Below are positions 10,309 through 21,799 of a DNA stretch of 64,000 bases, piece by piece. Within the stretch, counting starts at the first letter, position 1. Each line of letters starts with the position of its first letter. The stretch lies in assembly GCA_020137815.1 (NCBI GenBank), contig CM035352.1:806001-870000 (forward strand), read 5' to 3'. Below the pieces are notes generated by a model. It was not told where the DNA came from, made no database searches, and saw only the letters and a program-made list of their open reading frames with translations. A program made the position numbers and the translations under genes. Source of the DNA: Hormiphora californensis. Lineage: Eukaryota; Animalia; Ctenophora.

Positions 10309-12202
10309 CTAGCGCTGGGGAAGAGCGCGGATAACAGGAAGTGAAGGTTGCACCTTGGTGACTCTCACAACAGGTCCATTGACACGGGGCTGTGATCGAG
10401 ATACCCTAATGATCGGTATGGGCTGTGTTTTAGATACCCTGCTAGGTCCTGTCAGTCCACTTACAATACCATTGGGTCGGGGGAAATGTGTAGCCGGCCT
10501 CCTTGGACCCCTGTTATTGCAGCCCACAGTCTTGCTATATCTGGAGAACTTTAATTGACCCTCTTGTGATGTCGAGGGTGAAGGGGATGGTTTCTCTGCT
10601 TTACCCTGTCGACCCATAACCCTGTTGACGTTTCCAATATGTACCATGAACCGTCTGATATCGCACTGGAGGGGAGTTGACTGGTTTAATTGGTTGGATA
10701 GAGCTCCTGATAACCTCGGGGCCAGCTGTGGGAGCTATCCTATTGATTCCCCTACCTTCCTGGATATATTTGGCATAGAACGAGTTGTAACAAGGTTGGT
10801 AATATCCCTACATTTAGTAGCCTTTGATCTTCCTAACTTGTTGTTTTGATCTTGGTCACGCTTTATGAAGGACCTATACTGCTCGGAGGGTCGAAACATG
10901 GCCGTCTTGCTCACTACAGGAAGGGGGCTGGCCTGTTCCACAGTTAGAATTGGACTACACGATTCCTGTCTCTCAGAACTCTGTAGCTCAATACTGGTCT
11001 GACGGCGAGACATCACCGTTCCTAAGATGTCTCGTGCGATGAAGGATGTGTCTATACCCTCAAAAATATGTTGTTTTTGGCGGTGGGGTAGGGATGTTTT
11101 GGGAAGTCTCTTGAAGGACCCTCCTCCTCCTTCTGCCATGGCTTCCTCTAAAGCATTCGTACTGGCTAACGCCTCCATCGTCTGTAACAAAGTGTGTGTT
11201 AGATAGTGTACCTAGGTAGTACTAGTGGGGGATACTTGATAGGGGCTAGTGTACCGAGGTAGTGGGGGCTAGGGTACCGAGGTAACCTCGGTACCCTAGC
11301 CCCTACCAAATCGAGGTAGATATGGGGTATGGGCTAGGGGTAGTGGGAATTTCCCACTGGGAAAACGAGTATCAAGTTTGGGGAAGCTTCAAATAGTCGA
11401 CAACAAAACAGAGTCTGGGTATCATGGGTTCATCAGCCCCCAAACACACGGAAACTGCGGCCCGGGGCAATAATCCTGCCCAACATGTTAATATGCAAAG
11501 GTAACTTTAACCGGTAACTTGGACTGGGAATGGGATACTGAAAGAAAGGTTAAGAAAATGAATTCTCGTGCATACTATAACAACCACTAGACGAACAGTA
11601 CTAGTATAATATCCTGATAATAAGTAGATTATATCTCAGGATATAAAGAGAGAACAAAGAGCCGAGAGATACTATCAAGTACGGGTGCCGGTTCCGATTG
11701 CATACTGTAAATGTTCTACTCTGCATCTCTCTGCCTCTAAGTCTATCTCTCTTTTCTTGACTAGCTCACCGGCATCGCAAGTAGAAAATTTAAACGCAGT
11801 CTAACCGCGACTGCTCATTTACTCCTGTGTGCACATGGCTTTCTTCTCTATCCCCCTCTAGAGAGGCCTCGCTCGCTCTCTTTATTTCTTCCTTCCTTCC
11901 GTCTCTCTCTATACTATTTGTATCATGCAGCTACCTGGTGCCGCACGCGAACACGTGAAAGTGAACCGTATTGGCAGAAAACTTCACTGTTTTAACTATC
12001 CACCATCTGAGGTTTATAACAACACTGCTGAGTTATATCTCTCAGTGGTTTGGTGATAGTGATACTATAGAGACAGGTAGAGACTAGACCGTATAATATA
12101 TCCCAGATATATCAAACATGCAGGCCACTACTAAGAGTAATATCACTTAGCAGGGAGAACACTAGATGTAAGACCTGTTTCAGGGCAATCACCTATAAAG
12201 AA

Positions 12203-12299
<97 letters not shown>

Positions 12300-12312
12300 T
12301 AGAGATAGAGAT

Positions 12313-12386
<74 letters not shown>

Positions 12387-12952
12387 AGAGAAAGAGAAAG
12401 AGAAAGAGAAAGAGAAAGAGAGAAAGATAAGTAGTAGAGGAAGTGATTCAGAGACTCGCGACTTGTAGTGGCCCGTAAAGACGGAACAAATTCACAAGGA
12501 GATGGATAAAGGAGCAGCAGTAGGGTATAACTATATGTGTAATGCCAATGGAGTTTAGGGGGCGAACTGAGGGTAAAAAGATCTACAAAGTGTTTCAGCC
12601 AACATGCAACGTCACACAGCTGTCAGGCATGACTAATGTCAGAGGGAATTTGGGGGTTACCATGGTAACCATGTCAGGGCACCTCTAACTAACTGGCGTG
12701 GAAACTGATCTGCTCCCAGAGAGAAATGTTACAAATAACAAGATCAAGGGTATCAAGGGTATCGGTTTTGTATTCTTGGAGGGCCTAGTTTAGTTACTCA
12801 ACAAGGCCAGGGAGGGGTTCAGGGTGGATTCATAAGACTGTGTTACAATAACTCACCCTTTGAGAGCATGTCGCCTTGGTGAGATCCACAGCTCGCTGTG
12901 AGGGTCTCCCCGGGTTCCTGATCGTACTGCGTCTCCTTAGCCAACCTCCCAT
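10309..12952 (-). CDS. Orphan basic, probably disordered protein (2 coding exons; in-frame TAG at 10735-10737)
   Basis: Exon 12952-12857 (MGGWLRRRSTIRNPGRPSQRAVDLTKATCSQR, GTGAGT donor) splices in phase 0 to the TTACAG acceptor at 11181. ORFs 10735..11190 and 10309..10647 are in the same frame, separated by one TAG. No domain recognised. Confidence 0.6.
12209..12427. repeat. (GA)n / (GAGATA)n / (GAAAAG)n compound microsatellite
   Basis: Directly visible. Confidence 0.97.
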
Positions 12953-13140
12953 CTCTCTCTCTCGACAAAGCTCTGAACAAGAAACGACAGAAAGGGATCA
13001 AGTATCAGATCTGATTAGAGAGAAGTGTTAGCTAGTAGTGGGGGCCATCTGTTGTACTGTAATGAACATACCAAGGGGTGGCATATATTTGAGATGGGAG
13101 GGTCTGTATAAATCACGAGGGATACACGGAGTCTTAATAG

Positions 13141-13250
13141 TCAGTTTGTCAGATTCGCACGCCGCACAATATGATATTTCAGGGAACTGGGTTTGACGTT
13201 TTCGTGAAAGCCAGGCGCGCGAGATCAGAAGGGGGTATCTGACAAACTGA
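13141..13250. mobile_element. Very small inverted-repeat element
   Basis: TCAGTTTGTCAGAT ... ATCTGACAAACTGA 14-bp inverted ends about 110 bp apart. Confidence 0.45.
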
Positions 13251-13375
13251 ATGAATAGACGAATTAAGAGGTTCTTATATCACGAAAATAAACAAATAAA
13301 GGTAAGAATAAGGGACTTTCTTCTTGTGTTGCAGGTATTCAATATGATACATAGCGGCATCTTTCTCTGTCACAT

Positions 13376-15302
13376 CTAAACAGCCATCTCCTCCCCCTCC
13401 TTGTCAGACCCAACAGCCTCCTCTTCCCCCTCGCTGTCAGAGAAATCAGGTTTCAGCTTGTTCTCCTCGGGTTCAGGTTCAGGCTCCTTGAAGTTAGTCC
13501 TCTCAAACATATTAGCAAATCGTTTCTTCTGGTTAGCCCTGAACACTTTCATTTTGTTGGTGCACACCTTCATTGCATTGATAGCAGCAGCGTTCTTGTT
13601 GTCCACTACCAATACCGCCTTGTAGTGATTGATGGCCTCCTCCCATTCCTGGCTCATCTCAGCGGCCTGACCCTTCCTGAACAAACACTTGATGTTGTTA
13701 GGGTCCAGTTGTAGTGCGTCTTTACAGGCCTTTAGAGCAGCGTTACCATCGCCCAGCTTTATATAGCAGATAGCCTGATTACTGAAACCAGCCAACATCA
13801 GAACTTTAGCCCTGTCCTCATCAGGTTTATCCATAACCTTCTTCTCTTCTTTGACCTCCTCGCTATCACTATCACTCTCATCTCCCTCGAACTCATCCCC
13901 CTCCTCCAGATAGTCAGTAATCAGCTTGTACTTCTTCAGTGCCAGATCATACTTCCCCTCCTTAAAATACTGGGTTCCCATTTCCTTCACTTGTTCGGCA
14001 AACTTTATCTTCTCACAGCCATCCATCTCATATTTGTATTTTGCCTGCTCAAAGGTCTCCTAGAGTCAGCAGGTAGGTAAGGTCGGCAGCTCCAGGCACT
14101 GCCAGTTCGGGCATTACCAACATTTCCATATGCGTACAGAGACTTGACAGGTAACCTTGGCTGTCTCTCCCTTCTTCATCTTAAGTAGGGCAGTCTCAAC
14201 TACCGGGTACTGGAAAAAAGGAAGGGGTGTTAGTTTTGGGGGTTGATATTGAATCAGATTATGATAGTGTTTAGTAGTCTAATTTGTTGAGTAACAAACA
14301 GCAAATAATAGGGGGAGTGGGAGAACTAACCAATATCATGTGCCGCTCCATCCCCCAGGATAAACTCTGCAGATCTCTTCTCCAGTTCTCTGTCCATGTG
14401 ACTCATAACCCAGCTGATTTTAACTGTGGCTCCCTCCCTCGGGTTAGATAGTCCAGTACCCTCAACAGTGGTAGACTTGAGCACCCCACCATCAGTCCCC
14501 TCTGTACAGTCCTCCCCGTAGAAATCGTGCATCTCAACCTGGCAGGGGGAATCAGTGCGATAGGTTGTATTTGTTGCTGTTGTGTTTGAACAAGGTGAAC
14601 CTTGGCAGGGGTCCTAAAACTGTAGAACCTTCTAGGCGGGTTATTGCTGCGCTGCGCGCCATCTCCCCTACACTTGTGGTATCGCGCCTTACCTCGAACT
14701 CTAGAGTGCTGTTGGGCGGGATCTTGGGGGGCGATCCGGAGGCTCCATAGGCATAGTCTGGTTTACAGGTTAGAATGGCAACTTCACCTCGCTTCATGGT
14801 CACAATACCCTCATCCCAACCCTTTATAACCTGACCTGGGGAGAGAGAAGGAGTTTATACAAAGAATGGAATATGTACAGTGTACACTAATTGGAGGGAG
14901 AGAGAGAGACTAACCATAAAATGTGTTTTAATTGAATTAGTACACCCATTTTGTCTAATAAGACACTGATTGGACAAATTAATTACATTCTACACACACA
15001 GTACCTACCTGTTCCAACTTTAAACTTGAACAGTTGATCCCGGTCCTTGCTGGAATCAAACTTAGAACCATCTAATAACCTGCCAGTGTAATGGACGCTA
15101 ACTTCATTTCCAGCACTAGGTGTGTCACCCGCTCCCTCGGTGAGAATCTACAGGGGCAATTTATGTTTTGTAACAAAGTCAAGTAGTGGGGTAGTAACAA
15201 ATACAATATATTATTAGGTGTAGCAATTGAAGGAAATAATAAAAAGCTCCAAAATACCTTTTTGATGATGCCACCATCCTGGGCTTTGCTAACATCGACC
15301 AT
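13376..15302 (-). CDS. FKBP4: FKBP52/FKBP59-like peptidyl-prolyl isomerase with TPR domain
   Basis: Exons encode [54 protein letters not shown], a second FKBP domain and TPRs ([22 protein letters not shown]). Several 1-nt insertions in 14040-14210. Confidence 0.93.
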
Positions 15303-15332
15303 GGTCTGTGCTAAAAGTATGGGAATAAAGTT

Positions 15333-15381
15333 AGAGATAGAGAGAGATAGAGAGAGAAAGAGAGAGAAAGAGAGATAGAGA

Positions 15382-15424
<43 letters not shown>

Positions 15425-15525
15425 AGAGAGATAGAGAGAGAGAGAAAGAGAGGGGTGGAGAGAGAGAGAGAGAGAGGGGGGTGGAGAGAGAGAGAGAGAG
15501 AGGGGTGGAGAGAGAGAGAGAGGGA
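15333..15525. repeat. (GA)n-rich tract, polypyrimidine on the - strand directly upstream of the FKBP acceptor
   Basis: Directly visible. Confidence 0.95.
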
Positions 15526-15656
15526 AAGATTCAACACTCAAGATCTTTAGTGCTTCAAGAATATACTAATTCGTAATTACATAATTCAATCTTAAAATAA
15601 ACGATTATAAAACCGGGTCACAATAAAAAGGATTAAAATTTGTATATTATAGTCCA

Positions 15657-17900
15657 TTAAAAAGAGTCTCCTAGAATCCTATAAGTTGAGATGCAAGATA
15701 TTACCCATTTAGGGCTACGGACAGGTACCACAGTAGCACCTTTCTTTCTTTCGCTTATAACAACCGCACACTGATCTTGGAACATTGTAGTTTTAGCATG
15801 AAACACCTTTTTGTTTTTCACAAGTGTTTTAGGCTCCCTGCCTAATATCTCCCCTCCAGCAGTTGTAATGAGTTGTGTTAGTGCTTCCCTGCTAGGCCCT
15901 TTCCAATCCTCACCCCGATCCAGATAAAACTTCATCCCAGAAAACAGTGGAGGTTCTCCATTCAACAAACTCTTGTGTGCATCAATGGGACCATGTCTAG
16001 CAACATCCCCAGTTGTTCCTAACACAAAGTAGTCCTCCAACTTGCCCCAGGTCCCAGTGGAATTGTAATTTCTTCAACCAGCTCTCCCGCAGTATTGGAA
16101 TCCTCCTAGACATTGCCTGTAGGAACTTTGCAGTTCTCTTACACAGGATCCCCTTGTCTACTGCACAAACTAGGTGTGTAGTGGTGTCGGTAACTTCCTC
16201 TGTACCAGGGTGTCCTGGGGTTCTGGAACCCTGAGATAACCAAAACGGGGTCTACAGTTGTGGCAAACCCCACCTCCTCTTCTACCTCCCTCGCCCCCTC
16301 TAGTACCTCCCTGACTTCTTCACTAGCAGCATAGTCAGTGGGAGTGGACCCTTCATTGTTCTTGGATGCCTTGTTAGCACCATGATTCCAGGAGCAGTTT
16401 CACTACCTCTACATTCCCTCCATCTCGCTGCATCATGAAGTGGTGTACTGCCATCCCCTGATCGGGCATTAACCTCTGCACCGGCACCCAGGAGGATTCT
16501 CACTATCTCTACCCTCCCCTTGTGCGAGGCATCGTGGAGCGGGGTCTGCCCTGCGTGATCCTTTTCACAAACTAGCGATAGTAAACTTTCTACTCTCTCC
16601 ACATTCCCACTGTTAACTGCACGGTGGAGGGCTGTCTCTCCCTTCGCGTTGCGTTTTGCAGCACTGCCGGGTGTTGCTGGTGTTTTTGGAGCGGGCGTCT
16701 TTGGGGTGCGGGACACGGTTTGGGCCGGTGTTTTTGGAGCGGGCGTCTTTGGGGTGCGGGACACGGTTTGGGCTGGTGTTTTTGGAGCGGGCGTCTTGGG
16801 GGTAGTTTTAGCAGGAGTACTCAGGAGATCTTTTATTTTCCCTCCACAAGCTGATTTGGATGTTGACCCGCGTCGCGTTGGTTTTGGTGTTTTAGAAGTA
16901 TCCAATGTAACAGTGGTATCCCCCGCTGTCAATCTAGAAGTGCTGTCAGGAGTTTTCGATGTGCGTTTGATCTTCCGAGAATTATCTTCCACAGTTGTTT
17001 CTGAAATGTTACTCTGGGATGAAAGCCTGTGGGATCTTCTTCGTACAACCTTCACTACATCTTCACTATCAGGAGGTGTATTCTCCTTGTCACTCTCTCC
17101 TCCTCCTCCTGAGGACTTCCTTCTTTTCGGTTTCTTGTTGCTGCCCGGATCACTTTTACGTTTCCTGTTCTCGTATGTCTTGGTTACGGGTTGGACGTGT
17201 TGTGATTTCGGAGTGGCGGACTCTTCAGGGGTATTGAGGTTTGGACTGATACCCGAGGTTTCCTTCTTACGCCCAATAGTGTTCTTCTCCAGTGGACTTT
17301 TAGTGACCTTTCCTGAATTAGTTGGCTCACTGACAGGCTGGATTGGTTTAATAACTTCGTCCTCCCCCTCATCGGAGTCATCAAATATCCCGCCAAATAC
17401 AGGAAGAGACGACCCACCCTCCTCTACCTCCTCTAGGTCCAATGTTTTGTTACCATCAGGAAGTTGTTCCGGTGGGGTGTGATACAGAGGAAGGGGAGTT
17501 GAGGAACGGTTAAATTTAGACCGCATTTCCTTACAAAGGGAGACAACGTTTTGGAGGGTGTGGTCAATGAATGTATCACTCCTCCAGAATGGCTGGCTAC
17601 AGCTGGGACACCGAGGATCCCCTGGTTCTGAAAAAGAGTATTTTAAAAAACGAAGTAAAGTCTGTCAGTGCAGGGGTTGAAGCCATGTCGAGGGAAATTT
17701 GAAAAACTTAGTGAGAGTTATAATTGTTGCTTGGGATGACACAACTTACTAGAAAGCTCCTTCTCAACGCATGCGTCACAAAAGATGTGACAGCATAGTC
17801 CCACGCTCATGGGTCGTTCCATTAAAGAGTTACATTGTGGGCATTCCAACTCGTCTAACAAACTATCAATCCCCAGCTTGACTCGCGGCCATGTCGCCAT
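15657..17900 (-). CDS. BARD1: BRCA1-associated RING domain protein (RING + ankyrin + tandem BRCT)
   Basis: Exon 17900-17750 then 17627 onward: RING CPQC..CCHIFCDAC..CPSC, ankyrins NAKGETALHRA/GQTPLHDA/GSTPLHDA, BRCT1 TTHLV..KRTAKFLQAM..ESW, BRCT2 LFSGMKFYL..LITTAGG..PKWVISCI. Apparent indels near 16030-16430. Confidence 0.92.
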
Positions 17901-18773
17901 TCTGAGACCACTATTGGTGCGACATTTCTACAAATAAAAGTTGTCTCATATAAAACCGTCCTCTTTGAACCGGGCCGAAGATAGGGTTCATTCTAGGTAC
18001 TCGATCTTATCGTATATAATATCGTTTATGTTGGGGTGGTTAGTTTTGGGTAGCCACTAAGATGGTAAACGTAGCCACTCGCCAGAAAAAAACTCAACAC
18101 ACAGTCAAATCAAAATTAGGTCCACATTGTTCTTTGGGGTGTGCTACAGCTGAATTTTCAACCCCGTACGTCTCACATATCTCAAGATAACAAACTGGAT
18201 TGGATGAGGAGGTATTCTATCGCTTCTTAGTTGGTGTTTTAATTGCGGCTCTATCCTTCCCAGTGTTCTCAGAATTATGTCGCTCGCTAAAGCACAAACA
18301 GAGAAAACGAGCCCGTCAGCCGACCCGAAACCGGATTAAATTTGGCCACCCGCTGGTCTCAGGGCCTCCAAATATGTCAAAATATGTCTGAATTGTCATT
18401 TGGGGTCATTTAGACCTTTTAATAACATGTAATTACCCTTTAATTACATGTAATTACATTTTAATTACATGTAATTACTTCCAATTACATTCCAATTACT
18501 TTAGGACCTCGAGAGCTTTCGAACGCACCCTAGAACACCTTTCTACTCCTTGTAATTGCCGAGTTCTGTATACCCCTTATTTTGACTGTTTTTTGCGTCC
18601 TACCTCTTATAGGTTTGGGTATGGTCACCGCCACACCCCCTATACGTCGCGGGACCTCGAGACCTTTCCAACGAGCCATAGAACACCTCTCTACTACTTC
18701 AGGGGGCTTCAAAACTTTCACTCTAAAAATATTATGGTTTATAGTTTTATGGTTTTTTTTCATCTGGTATTAA

Positions 18774-20149
18774 AGGGATACTGACATATTCAAATCGACC
18801 ATCTCAAATTTTAGTAAAACATTGCCCAATCACATCATCTGAGAGAATAAATACATTGTGTCGAAGTCCGAGCTCTCTACTCCCTCTACTTCTCAAGATA
18901 TAGGGTCCCAAATATTAACACCCACTAATTGGTTATGGTAAGAGGAGGAGACCAGCATTACAGATTACAGGTAAACACGAGCCTGTTTATATGTCATTAT
19001 CTCAGCTAATACACATGCGATTTTGACCGGGTTTTTTCTAAAACCTTTAAGACCACTTCTAGTTTCTGTTTTTGGTTTCCATTTGTCTCTAGACTTGTCA
19101 TGAATAGATAGAACTATAACTAAGCAAGACGGTGATTTTTTTGAAATGTATGCCTTCTTAGAACAATATTATCATGGTATACAGTAACTAATGTCAATCA
19201 GACTTGGCTGTACTTCCTCAATTTTACATACAAATTGTTAGTATTTAGCCCATAGTCAATAACATAGTCAATAGTTATCAACTATTCAGCCCTGAAATGA
19301 ATATTGTATCCTAGGAGAGTATAAACTGAAAAATTTAGCCAAATAATTGGTATAAAAGGCAAAACCATTAAACCAGACTAATTTTGATACGTTGAATCAC
19401 GTGAGCAACTTTGGCAAGCGCCCAGGGGTGGAGAAAGTGACCTAATTGAACATAATCGGGTCTAATTGATCGTAACTGTAACCTATCGCATGAAAACGTT
19501 ATCAATTCATGTGAGAGCACTATCACCACTAATTTTGATACGCTGAATCACGTAAGCGGCTTTTCCAAGCCGTCAGAGGTGAAGAAAGTGTCCTAATTGA
19601 GCATACTTTAGTCTAATTGGCGATAATTGCATTTTTCAACTGGAAATGCTGAAAGATCGCATGTGGGGCACTTTACACACTAATTTTGATACACTGAGTC
19701 ACGTGAGCAACTTTTCCAAGTCCTCAGAGGTCGGCAAAGTACCCTAATTGCCCATAATTGGGTCTAATTGACCTTACTCCAGTTTACCTCAAACTGCACT
19801 GTTTACTTGTTTATTTACTGATTTTTTTGGTCATTCTGATACAGATCGTAAGAAAATACTAAAAATTTAAAACATTTCTAACTTCCAGAAAAAAATCCGG
19901 TCAAAATCGTGCATGTGAAAGTTGAGATATTGACAGATAAACAGACTCGTGTTTACATGTAATTTGCAATAAAACTCTCCCCCTATACCATAACCAATTA
20001 CGAAGTGCTAAAAGGTGGGGCCCTATATCTTGAGAACGAGAGGGAGTAGAGAGTTCGCACTTCGACTCATCCTATTTTTATCTCCCAACCAGTTACCACA
20101 CCCAGGATCGTTGAAAAAGTCAAAAAATTTTGAATATGTCAGTATCCCT
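18774..20149. mobile_element. Non-autonomous TTAA-specific TIR element, Kolobok-like
   Basis: TTAA|AGGGATACTGACATATTCAAA...TTTGAATATGTCAGTATCCCT|TTAA with long imperfect subterminal IRs. Purine (AG) termini plus TTAA fit Kolobok rather than piggyBac. Empty site visible at ~20289-20292. Confidence 0.85.
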
Positions 20150-21799
20150 TTAAGGGCCTGTCGGCTCGACCCCGTTGTTTTAGTTTTAGGGGGGATGTTT
20201 TAGGGGGGGGATGGGTTGAGTTTGGGTTATTTTCGGGTCGGGGGGCCTTGCCAGGCCCCGAATGTTTATGGTTTTTTTTCATCTGGTATTAAGGGCCTGT
20301 CGGCTCGGCCCCGTTGTTTTAGTTTTAAGGGGGATGTTTTAGGGGGGATGGGTTGAGTTTGGGTTATATTCGGGTCGGGGGGCCTTGCCAGGCCCCGAAC
20401 ATGTCGACTTCTTCCTAACCTCCTAACCGGAGATATAAACTGTGCCAAATAAAGGGGCCCGCTCCAAACAAAACCCCTTTCCCCCTTTCCCTTCCCCAAA
20501 TCCTGAAAATCAGGGGTTTTGGCCCAAAAAACCAAATTGGGAAAAAAAAAAAAAGGGCTCTTAAAAAAAAGGGGTTTTTTAAAGGTAAAACCATAAAAAG
20601 TAAAGGAAAAGACCCCATTACATCTGGGTTTTTTCCTTTTTACTGCCGCGCCAAAAATTATTAAAAAATGGCCTCCCAAAAACCTCCTTTAAAGGGGGGG
20701 GGGGGGCCCCCCCCTTAAATTTGGGAACGTCAGGAAATTAAATTGGCAAAATTTTCCCCCAATCCCTTTGCAAAAAAAGGTTTTTGGTTTTTAAAATTTT
20801 TTTGGGAATTTAAAGGCCCCCCCCCAACCCCAACCCAAAACCTCTCCCCCCAACCCACCAAAGCAATGCCCCATCGCCTTTGGGGGGGGGGGGAAGGGGG
20901 GGGGGGGCTTTATTCTCCTATTTTTCCCCCCCGGGTTTTTCTAGTCCCCCTTGGGCTTCCTTGACCCCGGGTTCCTGTAAAAAAATAAAAAAGTTTAGTT
21001 TTTCAAATAAATCATCACATAAACGGGGTTCATTTTTAATTCAAGCCCCTTTGCTTTGGGAAAAAAACTTGCCAAAAATTTTTGGGTTGGCCCCCCCAAA
21101 AAAACCGTTTGTCACATCCCAAAAGTTTTTAACCGGGCCGGGCATTGGAAAGGTACCCCCCCGGGGGAACCTTAAAACGGGGTTTTTCAAAAAAACCCGG
21201 TTAAACTTTTTTGGGATCCAAGGTTTTTATTTCAAAGAGGGGGTTGGGATTTTTGGCCTTACACCCCAAAAAAGGGCCCCTTGGGGTTTTGGGGGAGTTT
21301 TGGAAAAAAGGAGGGTGAAAACCTCCAAACCCCAGCGTCCCCCCCCAAAAAGTTTTTTTGTTTTTTTAAAATTTTTTTTTGGGGTTTAAAATTTCAAAGA
21401 ATTGGTTTTGGGAGAGGTTAAAGGATCGGCCCCTTTTCCCAACCCCCAAAATTTATTATTTACGGAGGGAGATAGACTTTTTGTTTTGGGGGCAATTTTT
21501 CTTTAAAAATGTTTTAAAAACTTGCCGTTATTTAATTTTTTTAAAACTTTCAAGGGCCCGCGAAAAACCCAAACAAATAACGCGCCCCCGAAACGCAAAA
21601 AAAACCTACCCATTGATTGGACTTTCACATCTTTGTCTTTACAAAACCTTAAAACTTCGTTTTTTTATTTGGTCTAAATAAATTGCTTTGTTTGTCGACC
21701 ACGTCTTAAGTTAAACACAGCAAAAACCCCTTTTTACCCCTAATTACATTGGGGTTTACTTCCCCCAACTTTTTTTTTTTTTTTTTTTGGGTCTTCAAA

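Noticed and set aside
11770-11860. Extra - strand exon with acceptor and GTGAG donor in the orphan gene
   Set aside because: Contains stops in the frames I read; at most an alternative 5'UTR exon, not supportable as CDS
12203-12430. RE/RK-repeat ORF (also 15311-15541, 50242-50523, 54620-54886, 55472-55891)
   Set aside because: Microsatellite translations
16649-17482. 277-aa + strand ORF
   Set aside because: Antisense shadow of the BARD1 large exon
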